From the NCBI GenBank assembly GCA_963761305.1, contig CAVXGK010000001.1, forward strand, positions 1,280,001 through 1,344,000: 64,000 bases of DNA. Reading direction: 5' to 3'. Source of the DNA: an uncultured Gemmatimonadaceae bacterium (lineage in GTDB: Bacteria; Gemmatimonadota; Gemmatimonadetes; Gemmatimonadales; Gemmatimonadaceae). Below the pieces are notes generated by a model that did not search any database, was not told the origin of the DNA, and worked only from the letters and a program-made list of their open reading frames with translations. Each line of letters begins with the position of its first letter. The first letter of the stretch is position 1. This document shows positions 39,138 to 47,292 of the stretch, piece after piece. The translations under genes and the position numbers were made by a program.

Positions 39138-39875
39138 TCATCCGCCAATCTTCGTCCAGAGCAGCATGACGCCGCAGTTTGCGTTGCCGGACTTGTATTG
39201 CAGCGGAATCGTCGCCGGACCTGAATAGATCTCGATGCCCGCCAGATCCCTGGGCGGTGGCAGCTGGGCGAGGTTCGTCGGAGTCGGCATCCGAATGCCG
39301 TCGAGGTAAATCTGGAAGGCGCAGCCGCCCATGCCGCGCATGTTGTACGCGATCTGCACTCCCTTCCGCTCGCTGATGCCGACGGAGAGAACGGTACGAA
39401 TGACGTCGGCGAGGAAGGTGGCGTTGCGCTTTTCGATTTCTTCCGCCGTGATGAAATGCCCGAAGCCGAGCTTCCTCCGGTCTTCGAATTCACTCATCCG
39501 CATCGCGAGTGACTTGGCGGTGACGATCATCGTGTCGAGCGCGCTGACGATCCGCTGAAGCGCGAACGACGGTCGCAGCGTATCGCCATCGACGACGGTC
39601 GTCGCCACGGCGACCGGCACGTAGCCGATGCGATGCACGGTGAGGATGAAGTTGCCGGTGTGCAGGCCGACGATTCGGAACCGCCCATTGTCGCCCGTCG
39701 ACACGCTGAGGGCGGAGCCGAGGATCGAGACGGTCGCGCCGCTGAGCGTGACGAGGTTGGTGTCGGTGACGATGCCGTCGATCACGCCGAGGGAGGGATG
39801 CGGCTGAGCGCTCGACGGTATTGCGCCGAGCGCGACGAGTGAGGCGAGGAGCGCGCCGCGAATGTGAGGGCTCAT
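39138..39875 (-). CDS. Carboxypeptidase-regulatory-like domain plus TonB-plug-like domain, no barrel
   Basis: Signal peptide; IDGIVTD..LSGATV..TGDNGRFRI..RIGY, FEDRRKLGFGHFITAEEIE, C..YLDG and LAGIEIYSGPATIP...CGVMLLWTK. Confidence 0.82.
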   Translation of the reverse strand: MSPHIRGALLASLVALGAIPSSAQPHPSLGVIDGIVTDTNLVTLSGATVSILGSALSVSTGDNGRFRIVGLHTGNFILTVHRIGYVPVAVATTVVDGDTLRPSFALQRIVSALDTMIVTAKSLAMRMSEFEDRRKLGFGHFITAEEIEKRNATFLADVIRTVLSVGISERKGVQIAYNMRGMGGCAFQIYLDGIRMPTPTNLAQLPPPRDLAGIEIYSGPATIPLQYKSGNANCGVMLLWTKIGG

Positions 39876-39976
39876 GGTCAGCCGGTTTCGACACACCGGA
39901 ACGATGGGTATGTCAGAACTACGTCAGGGCGCGCCGCAGGCAAGGCGCGCTACGAACGCGTGAGTAGTATCCCCGT

Positions 39977-41194
39977 ATGAGCGCTTCTGTTACAGTGACA
40001 CCCGAGGCCGCCACCGCCACGGGGACTCGCCCGGTCGGCGCCGCGCCCCGCCGTCGAATCGACTCGGTGGACGTCGTCCGCGGCCTGGTCATGATCCTGA
40101 TGGCGCTCGACCACACGCGCGACTTCTTCGGTTCGCGCGTCGATCCCACCAACGTCGCGACGACGACCCTCCCGCTCTTCTTCACGCGCTGGATCACCCA
40201 CGTCTGCGCGCCGACGTTCTTTCTCCTCACGGGGACCGGCGCGGCGCTCTCGCTCGGACGCAAGACGACCGGCCAGCTCTCGCGCTTCCTATTTGCACGG
40301 GGGATTTGGCTTGTTTTCCTCGAGGCGGTCGTCGTTCGCTGCCTCGGCCTGCAGTTCAACTTCGACTACCACACCACGATCCTCGAAGTGATCTGGGCGC
40401 TCGGCTGGGCGATGATCGCGCTCGCCGGGTTCGTCTGGATGCCGCGCGTCGCGATCGCGGTCGTGAGCCTGGCGATGATCGCCGGCCACAACCTGCTCGA
40501 CGGCGTCCGCTCGACGAACCCGTGGTGGATCTTCCTGCACCGACCGGGATTTCTCCGGCCGCCGCCCGGGCACGTCGTGTTCGCCGCATATCCGATCGTT
40601 CCGTGGATCGGCGTCACGGCGATCGGCTTCGTGCTGGGCGGCGTCTACGCCTGGGAGCCGGTTCGACGACGAGCGTTCCTTCTGCGCCTCGCCATCGCGC
40701 TCCCGTGCGCGTTCGTGGTTCTGAGGTTTCTCAACGTCTACGGGGACCCGTTCCGCTGGTCGGTGCAGCCGACCGCGACGCACACGCTCATCGCGTTCCT
40801 CGACGTCACCAAGTATCCGCCGTCGCTCCTCTTCCTGCTCATGACGCTCGGCTTCACGATGCTCGGCTTGTACGCGTTCGACGCCGGGGTCCCGCGCTGG
40901 GCGACCCCGGCGCTCACGTTCGGACGAGCGCCGCTCTTCTACTTCCTCGTCCACTTGCCGCTCATTCACCTGCTGGTCGTCGCGGTCGGCTACGCGCGGT
41001 ACCGGTCGATCCACTGGTTCTTCACGTCGCCGTCGCTCGACAAGTACCCGTTCGAGATGCCGCCCGGCTGGGGATACTCGCTGCCGTTCGTGTACGCGAC
41101 GTGGGCACTCGTCGTGATCTCGCTCTACCCGCTTTGCGCCTGGTTCGCCCGGGTCAAAGCACGCAGCCGGTCCGCCTGGCTGAGCTACCTCTAG
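39977..41194 (+). CDS. DUF1624/HGSNAT-like membrane acyltransferase family protein
   Basis: RIDSVDVVRGLVMILMALDHTR, TRWITHVCAPTF and KYPPSLLFLL; multiple TM segments. Confidence 0.9.
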   Translation: MSASVTVTPEAATATGTRPVGAAPRRRIDSVDVVRGLVMILMALDHTRDFFGSRVDPTNVATTTLPLFFTRWITHVCAPTFFLLTGTGAALSLGRKTTGQLSRFLFARGIWLVFLEAVVVRCLGLQFNFDYHTTILEVIWALGWAMIALAGFVWMPRVAIAVVSLAMIAGHNLLDGVRSTNPWWIFLHRPGFLRPPPGHVVFAAYPIVPWIGVTAIGFVLGGVYAWEPVRRRAFLLRLAIALPCAFVVLRFLNVYGDPFRWSVQPTATHTLIAFLDVTKYPPSLLFLLMTLGFTMLGLYAFDAGVPRWATPALTFGRAPLFYFLVHLPLIHLLVVAVGYARYRSIHWFFTSPSLDKYPFEMPPGWGYSLPFVYATWALVVISLYPLCAWFARVKARSRSAWLSYL

Positions 41195-41209
41195 CACGTT
41201 CGGACCAAC

Positions 41210-41360
41210 AACGGCTGGAACGGCAACGATTTCGCGGATTGAGCGGATTACGCGGAAAACCATTGAAGGATTTTTCAAAAGAATCTGTTATTTGTTGTTT
41301 CCGTGAAATCCGCCTCGTCCGCGAAATCGTTGCAGTTCAGCTGTTGCAGTTCCAGCCGTT
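41210..41360. repeat. Palindromic intergenic element, copy A
   Basis: Perfect arms 41210-41221/41349-41360 (12 bp) and 41223-41238/41318-41333 (16 bp); CGGA every 9 bp; AT-rich loop. Confidence 0.85.
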
Positions 41361-41373
41361 CTGTTTTTGGGTC

Positions 41374-42732
41374 CTAGGTGACATGCGGCAATGGCTCGAG
41401 GATTTCCACGACCTCCTCCTTCTTGAAAAAGCGCGCCCAGCCGAGCGGATCGGACTCGTGCATCGTGTCGCGGATCGTCGTATCGGCGCCGGCGGCGAGC
41501 AGAATCCGAACGACGTCGGCGTGACCGCCGCCCGCGGCGAGGTGGAGGGCCGTCACGTTCGTGCCCCACTCCGTCCAGATCCCGTTGACGTCGGCGCCAT
41601 GCTCGAGCAGCCACTGCACGGCGCGCGCGTCGTTTCGCATGGCCATCATGTGCAGCGCGCCGGAGCTCGTGCCTTGGGCGGACACGAGCTCGGGATTCGC
41701 GTTGACCAATCGGTCGGCCATGTCCCAGTCGCTCAGTGAGAGCGCCGCGACGAGGTCGATCATCGTGACGTTCGCCGAGCGATGACCGCGTATCGCGCTG
41801 TCGAACTCCGCGAGCGTCATCGTGCGAATCGCGTCGACGATCGGCCGGTCGATGCCCGGCGTGTGCGCGTAGGCCGACGGCGGGTTGCCGGCTGCGTCCA
41901 CCGCGAGTGGATCGGCTCCGAGTTGAATCAACAGCGCGACCATCTCGGGGCGATTCATGCGAATCGCGAAGTGCAGCGGCGACTGGTGATTCTCGTTGCG
42001 GCTCATTCGCTGGTTGAGCGCGCCGGCATTCGCCGCCACGATGCGACGCACTTCGTCCTCCAATCCCATCGCGATCGCCGAAAAGATGTGGTGCCGCGCG
42101 CCGCGGCTCACGAGAAAATCGGCGACCGCGCGATGGGCCGCGTCGTCGGAGCCTTCCCAGCACGTCGCCCAGCCGATGACCTCGAGCTGGTGGTCGTCAC
42201 CATGGCCGACGACGTCACCGCCCGCGTCGGCGAGCCGTCGCACAACGTCGAGCGCGCCCCCCGCCGCGGCCCAGTGCATCGCGTACGTATTGTCGCCTCG
42301 TTCGCGCGCGTTCACGTCGAGCCCGCGCTCGAGCAGCAGATTCACGCCGCCGAGGCTGTCTTTGTGTGCGGCCGATCCCTGTTCCTTGAAGGCCGCGGCG
42401 TGGAGCAGCGTCCACTCGTACGGCTTGTCGCGAATGAAACGCTTGTCGGGGTGCTCGTCGAGCAACGCGCGCAGTCGGGGCACGTCGCCCTTTTTCGCCG
42501 CGTCGAACAGCTGGCCGTCGACGCTGAGCGAGTCGACGTGCGCTTTGAGCGCGCGCCAGCTCGGGAAGCCGTACTGTTTCGCGATCTCGAATTGCGCTTC
42601 GGCGAGCTTCGCGTCGGGCTCGGCTTGCCGCAGCTCGGCGAGACGGCGCTTGGCTTCCTTGCGAAGCCACTCGAGATTGGGCGCGTCGGGCAACGCCGAC
42701 GGTGCGGACCCAGGGGTCGCGTCGGACATCAT
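41374..42732 (-). CDS. Ankyrin-repeat protein with an N-terminal LPxxPNLExLRKxAK...AQ..IA..YGF.SW domain
   Basis: Ankyrin repeats (TLLHAAA, LLERGLDVN, SPLHFAI, LLEHGADVN, TALHLAA); GGAGG SD. Confidence 0.92.
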   Translation of the reverse strand: MMSDATPGSAPSALPDAPNLEWLRKEAKRRLAELRQAEPDAKLAEAQFEIAKQYGFPSWRALKAHVDSLSVDGQLFDAAKKGDVPRLRALLDEHPDKRFIRDKPYEWTLLHAAAFKEQGSAAHKDSLGGVNLLLERGLDVNARERGDNTYAMHWAAAGGALDVVRRLADAGGDVVGHGDDHQLEVIGWATCWEGSDDAAHRAVADFLVSRGARHHIFSAIAMGLEDEVRRIVAANAGALNQRMSRNENHQSPLHFAIRMNRPEMVALLIQLGADPLAVDAAGNPPSAYAHTPGIDRPIVDAIRTMTLAEFDSAIRGHRSANVTMIDLVAALSLSDWDMADRLVNANPELVSAQGTSSGALHMMAMRNDARAVQWLLEHGADVNGIWTEWGTNVTALHLAAGGGHADVVRILLAAGADTTIRDTMHESDPLGWARFFKKEEVVEILEPLPHVT

Positions 42733-42735
42733 GCA

Positions 42736-42878
42736 CCTCCATTCCTTGGAAAGGACCGAGTCCTTTCGAACCGCCCGCCGTCCGCGTTAGGGGCGAGGAA
42801 TAGAAGTTTGAATCTGAAAACGACAGGGTGGGTTGAACCCTTTACGCGGACCGTCGGCCGCCCTTCGCGGCCATGCCG
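42736..42878 (-). ncRNA. Candidate structured cis-regulatory 5' leader RNA
   Basis: Four stems: 42856-61/42867-72; 42780-87/42844-51 enclosing 42825-29/42837-41; and 42749-56/42760-67 next to the SD. A TAGCGT -10-like hexamer lies just upstream. Confidence 0.55.
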
Positions 42879-42980
42879 GAACGCTATGCGCGCCGGGACG
42901 AACGAACAAGTGAGGCAGCCTCGTCCTCGCCTCTGCGGCGCGCTACTTTCGAGTCCTGACTCTCGACTAACGACTGCCGT

Positions 42981-43475
42981 TTGCCCCGCTCTCTGATAGT
43001 TCGCGCCGGCCTGTTCATTCTGATCGCCCCAGGCGCGATCGCCGGTTGGCTTCCCTGGTATCTCGCCGGCTCTCGACGCCCACGGCTCGACTCCCCGCTC
43101 GGCGTCATCGGCGCCGTCTTCGCGGTCCTCGGCTGGCTCGTGCTGCTCTGGTGCGCCCGCGACTTCGCCGTTCGCGGCCGCGGCACTCCCGCACCTTACG
43201 ATCCGCCGCGCCAGCTCGTCATGGACGGCCTCTACCGTTTCGTTCGCAATCCGATGTACGTCGCGATCGTGACCTCCGTCCTCAGTCAGGCCGCGATGTA
43301 TCGATCGCGGGCAGTCCTGTGGTACGCGGCGATCGTCGCGCTTTGCTTCCACTTGCGAGTTGTGTTGTACGAGGAGCCCAAGCTGACCGAATTGTTCGGC
43401 CAGTCCTTCGACGACTATCGGGGGCGCGTGCCGCGTTGGGTCCCGCTCGTTGCTCCGCGACGCCGAGCGCGGTAA
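42981..43475 (+). CDS. Isoprenylcysteine carboxylmethyltransferase (ICMT/PEMT) family membrane protein
   Basis: GRGTPAPYDPPRQLVMDGLYRFVRNPMY...YEEPKL..LFG..FDDY...VPRW. Confidence 0.9.
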   Translation: MPRSLIVRAGLFILIAPGAIAGWLPWYLAGSRRPRLDSPLGVIGAVFAVLGWLVLLWCARDFAVRGRGTPAPYDPPRQLVMDGLYRFVRNPMYVAIVTSVLSQAAMYRSRAVLWYAAIVALCFHLRVVLYEEPKLTELFGQSFDDYRGRVPRWVPLVAPRRRAR

Positions 43476-43525
43476 TTCTGAGGGATCGTCGCCCCTCCTC
43501 GGCGGCCCACTCGGTGAGGATTCGC

Positions 43526-44317
43526 ATGCGAAACGCCTTGATCACGCTCGCTCTCTGCGCCGTCGCCGCGCCCGCGGGCGCGCAGTTCACAACGACTTAC
43601 ACCGGCGTCCAACACGTGGGCGACAAGGACTATCCGGCGACCGCGATCTTCGCGATCGACAAGGGGCGGATCGCCATGATCATGACGGGCGCGAAGCACG
43701 TGCGCATGCTGTTCGACGACAAGGCCCAGGTGCTCCGCCTCGTGAACGAGGACGGCAAGCAATACTTCGACATCACGAAGGACACCCGGTCGTCCATGGA
43801 CCCGACCGGACAGATGGCGAGGATGCAGAAACAGCTCGAGGCGATGCCGAAGGAACAGCGGGCGATGGCCGAGTCGATGATGAAACAGGCGATGGCCAGC
43901 ATGTCCGCGCCGCAGGAGCAGCTCGTCTACAACTGGACGAACGACAAGCCGAAGATCGCCGGCTACGACTGCACGCGTGTCGAGGGCCTGCGCGGCGGGC
44001 GCAAGGTGACCGAGTACTGCGGCTCGACGTCGAGCGATTTCAAGCTCACCGACAACGACCGCCAGACCGTGCTCGACATGCAGAGCTATCTGCGGAATTT
44101 CCTGATCATGGTCAAGAACGGCGACGAATCGGCGCGCGCGTTCGCATGGGACACGAGCACGGACGGCTATCCGGTGCTCACGCGCTGTTTCGACAACGGC
44201 ACGATGACGCTCGAGCTGACGCTGGCGACGGTGAATCGAACGGGCCCGAGTGACGATCAGTTCAAGGTGGACGGCTTCAAGAAGATGGAGATGCCGAAGC
44301 CGCCGGGCGGGAACTGA
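43526..44317 (+). CDS. DUF4412-like exported protein
   Basis: Signal peptide MRNALITLALCAVAAPAGAQ; Met-rich helical insert QLEAMPKEQRAMAE; KIAGYDC motif. Confidence 0.78.
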   Translation: MRNALITLALCAVAAPAGAQFTTTYTGVQHVGDKDYPATAIFAIDKGRIAMIMTGAKHVRMLFDDKAQVLRLVNEDGKQYFDITKDTRSSMDPTGQMARMQKQLEAMPKEQRAMAESMMKQAMASMSAPQEQLVYNWTNDKPKIAGYDCTRVEGLRGGRKVTEYCGSTSSDFKLTDNDRQTVLDMQSYLRNFLIMVKNGDESARAFAWDTSTDGYPVLTRCFDNGTMTLELTLATVNRTGPSDDQFKVDGFKKMEMPKPPGGN

Positions 44318-44323
44318 TCGACG

Positions 44324-44620
44324 ATGGGGGTCGTCTCGGAGTCGAAGGAGAGTTTGTCACAGAGGCGGTTCGCGCTTCCTCGGTCGACGATTGCCGCCGC
44401 CGCATGCGGGGGCGTCGTCGCTTACTTCGCCTCGGCGGGACATTCGCATCGCTCGATTGACCACGGAGTGACGACCAGCTTGGGAATCGCGATCGTTCTC
44501 GTGGCACTGGCCAACCCTCTCGCTGAGATCTCGGTCGAGGTGCAGAAGTGGACGAAGGCGTTCGGCATGATGGCGATCGGAGCGTCCCTAGGGCTTTTCA
44601 TACGAAACTGGATGGGGTGA
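44324..44620 (+). CDS. Hypothetical membrane protein
   Basis: Three hydrophobic segments; fits the operon spacing exactly. Confidence 0.55.
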   Translation: MGVVSESKESLSQRRFALPRSTIAAAACGGVVAYFASAGHSHRSIDHGVTTSLGIAIVLVALANPLAEISVEVQKWTKAFGMMAIGASLGLFIRNWMG

Positions 44621-44626
44621 CCACTC

Positions 44627-44962
44627 ATGGGCGCAACAGCTGCCGCAATCATCATCAAGCGTGAACGCGATCTCGTGGACCACTTTCGCCGCGCCGGCGC
44701 GACGAGTCCGCAGACCGCGCAAAGTCCCGCCGCACTCGGCGTCGAAACGCGACTAGCGTGGGACATCCTCGTGAACGGCGCGATCATTCGAACCGGCGCG
44801 AGCGGCACGTTCTATCTCGACGAGCCGTCGTGGGAGGCGATGGGCCGGCGCCGGCGGCGCCTCGCAATCGTCATCGCGGTCTTCGTGATGATCGTCGCGA
44901 TAGTCGTCGCGATCGGCGTTGGCGGGTTCGGGTACTTCCTCACGACGCCGTCGCGTCACTAG
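44627..44962 (+). CDS. Hypothetical protein with a C-terminal TM anchor
   Basis: FRRAGATSPQTAQSPAALG...FYLDE...RRRRRLAIVIAVFVMIVAIVVAIG. Confidence 0.75.
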   Translation: MGATAAAIIIKRERDLVDHFRRAGATSPQTAQSPAALGVETRLAWDILVNGAIIRTGASGTFYLDEPSWEAMGRRRRRLAIVIAVFVMIVAIVVAIGVGGFGYFLTTPSRH

Positions 44963-44971
44963 AACGCGCCC

Positions 44972-45469
44972 GTGAGACGAATACTCGCATTCGCGGTCTT
45001 GCTGCTGTGCACGTATCTCGTGAGCCAGCGACTGCGAACGCGGCACCCGGTCCTCGACGTATCGTGGCAACACTCGATTCCGGCGATCGCGCCGCAGCCC
45101 GCGGCGCAGGGACTGGCCGCCGCCGCACCATTCGTCGACAGCCCGAGCATCGCCAACGCGATCGCGAGCCATGCGCGCGAGGTGCCGGTGAACGCGGCGG
45201 GCGTCGTGTCGCGTGTGCTCCCCGACGACCGCGAAGGAGAGCGACATCAGCGCGTCATCGTTCGCCTACCTTCCGGCACGACTGTGCTGATCGCGTACAA
45301 CATCGACATCGCGCCGCGCATCGAGGGGCTCCAGCCGGGAGCGCCCATCGCCTTCGCCGGTGAGTACGTGTGGAACCAGCAGGGCGGCGTCGTTCACTGG
45401 ACGCATCACGATCCGTCGGGCCACCACAAGACGGGCTTCGTGAAGTACAACGGCCGCACCTACGAATAG
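44972..45469 (+). CDS. DUF3465 family protein
   Basis: GVVSRVLPDDREGERHQR...IAYNIDIAPR...GEYVWN..GGVVHWTHHDPSGHH..G. Confidence 0.88.
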   Translation: MRRILAFAVLLLCTYLVSQRLRTRHPVLDVSWQHSIPAIAPQPAAQGLAAAAPFVDSPSIANAIASHAREVPVNAAGVVSRVLPDDREGERHQRVIVRLPSGTTVLIAYNIDIAPRIEGLQPGAPIAFAGEYVWNQQGGVVHWTHHDPSGHHKTGFVKYNGRTYE

Positions 45470-45478
45470 CGAGGCGTC

Positions 45479-46243
45479 GTGCGCGTCGCGGCTCTTTACG
45501 ACATTCACGGCAACCTGCCGGCGCTCGACGCCGTGCTGGACGACGTCCGCCTCGCGGGCGCCGATCGCATCGTCATCGGCGGCGACGTGCTCCCCGGGCC
45601 GATGCCGCGCGAAACGCTCGACCGTCTGGCGCACGTCGACATTCCCACTGACTACATCGCCGGCAACGGCGACCGCGAAGTGCTCGCTCATCTCCGCGAA
45701 TCGGGAGGGGGAGGCTCGCTGCCGGACTCGTTCCGGCAAGTCATCGTCTGGACGGGACAGCAGCTTCGCTCGGCGGACGTCCAGTGGATCGACACGTGGC
45801 TGCCGACGCTGCGCCTCACGATCGACGGACTCGGCGACGTCCTCTTCTGCCACGCGACGCCGCGCAACGACGTCGAGATCTTCACGCGTCTCTCACCCGA
45901 CCACGTCGTACTTCCGATGCTCGCCGACGCGCAGGCGCCGACGGTCGTCTGCGGACACACGCACATGCAGTTCGATCGCACGTTCGGCGCGACGCGAGTC
46001 GTGAACGCCGGAAACGTCGGCATGCCGTTCGCCGAGCCCGGCGCGTACTGGCTCCTGCTCGGCCCAGGCGTCGAATTGCGACGAACGACGTACGACTTCG
46101 AACAAGCCGCGAGCAGGATCGCGGCGACCGACTATCCGCAGGCGAAGGAGTTCGCCGCGATGAACATCCTGTCGCCGACGCCGGAAGCCGAGATGCTCGA
46201 GCGAATGACGGCCGTCGCCTCGGCCGGCACGCATCGATCCTGA
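45479..46243 (+). CDS. Metallophosphoesterase family protein
   Basis: DIHGN, GGD, GNGD, CHATP, CGHTH and NAGNVG. Confidence 0.92.
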   Translation: MRVAALYDIHGNLPALDAVLDDVRLAGADRIVIGGDVLPGPMPRETLDRLAHVDIPTDYIAGNGDREVLAHLRESGGGGSLPDSFRQVIVWTGQQLRSADVQWIDTWLPTLRLTIDGLGDVLFCHATPRNDVEIFTRLSPDHVVLPMLADAQAPTVVCGHTHMQFDRTFGATRVVNAGNVGMPFAEPGAYWLLLGPGVELRRTTYDFEQAASRIAATDYPQAKEFAAMNILSPTPEAEMLERMTAVASAGTHRS

Positions 46244-46257
46244 TATCATTGAGCGCG

Positions 46258-46860
46258 ATGACCATCCTGAAACAGCTCTTCGACAACAACCGGGCGTGGG
46301 CCGCCGAGGTGACGCGCCGCGACCCGGATTTCTTCCAGCGCCTCTCGAAGCAGCAGGCGCCGGAATATTTGTGGATCGGCTGTTCCGACAGCCGCGTGCC
46401 GGCGAACGAGATCGTCGGGCTCGCGCCGGGCGAGCTCTTCGTGCATCGCAACGTCGCCAACGTCGTCGTGCACGCGGATCTCAACTGTCTTTCGGTGATC
46501 CAGTTCGCGGTCGACGTGCTGAAGGTCAAGCACATCATCGTGTGCGGGCATCACGGCTGCGGCGGCGTGCGCGCCGCGCTGCACAACGACCGCGTCGGCC
46601 TCGCCGACAATTGGCTGCGCCACGTGCAGGACGTCTGGCGCACCTACCGCGCCCAGCTCGACGCGATTTCGGACGAGAAGAAGCGCGAGGACAAGCTCTG
46701 CGAGCTGAACGTCGCCGAGCAGGTGATCAACGTGTGTCAGACGACGGTCGTGCGCGACGCATGGGCGCGAGGGCAGCCGCTCGCGGTGCACGGATGGGTG
46801 TACGATCTGAGCGACGGGCTGCTGCAGGACCTGGGGATCACCGTCACCGCGGCCGACTGA
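46258..46860 (+). CDS. can: Beta-class carbonic anhydrase
   Basis: YLWIGCSDSRVPAN, FVHRNVAN, VCGHHGCGG and VHGWVY, closely matching the Can/YadF pattern. Confidence 0.95.
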   Translation: MTILKQLFDNNRAWAAEVTRRDPDFFQRLSKQQAPEYLWIGCSDSRVPANEIVGLAPGELFVHRNVANVVVHADLNCLSVIQFAVDVLKVKHIIVCGHHGCGGVRAALHNDRVGLADNWLRHVQDVWRTYRAQLDAISDEKKREDKLCELNVAEQVINVCQTTVVRDAWARGQPLAVHGWVYDLSDGLLQDLGITVTAAD

Positions 46861-46922
46861 GGCCAGATCGCTCTTCCCAGCCGGGTTGTCCCACAGTGCT
46901 TGCCCGGCGGCGGTCCGCCAAA

Positions 46923-46952
46923 CATCTTCCCATTACCTGGTACGGGGAGATG
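46923..46952. promoter_or_regulatory. Imperfect palindrome overlapping the PadR SD (candidate autoregulatory operator)
   Basis: CATCTTCCC-AT-TACC-T-GGTA-C-GGGGAGATG, immediately upstream of GTG 46960. Confidence 0.45.
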
Positions 46953-46959
46953 ACCGCAC

Positions 46960-47292
46960 GTGGCAAATCGAACGCTCGACCTCCTTCAAGGCACGCTCGA
47001 CGTGCTCGTGCTCCGCACGCTCGCCGTCGGGGCGATGCACGGCTACGCCGTGTCGCGATCGATCCGCCAGCGCACTGACGGTGTGATCGACATCGAGGAC
47101 GCCCCGCTCTACAAGGCGCTGCACCGCCTCGAGCACGGCGGGTTCGTCGCCGCCGAGTGGGGGTTGTCGGAAAACAATCGCAAGGCGCGGTACTACGAGC
47201 TCACCACGGCGGGCCGTCGTCACCTGCGCACCGAAGAAGCGGTCTGGCGACGCTACGCGGCCGCCGTGTTCAAGGTGCTGGAGCCGGCGTGA
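46960..47292 (+). CDS. PadR family regulator, acidobacterial type
   Basis: DLLQGTLDVLVLRTL...MHGYAV...LYKALHRLE..G...EWGLSENNRKARYYELT. Confidence 0.95.
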   Translation: MANRTLDLLQGTLDVLVLRTLAVGAMHGYAVSRSIRQRTDGVIDIEDAPLYKALHRLEHGGFVAAEWGLSENNRKARYYELTTAGRRHLRTEEAVWRRYAAAVFKVLEPA

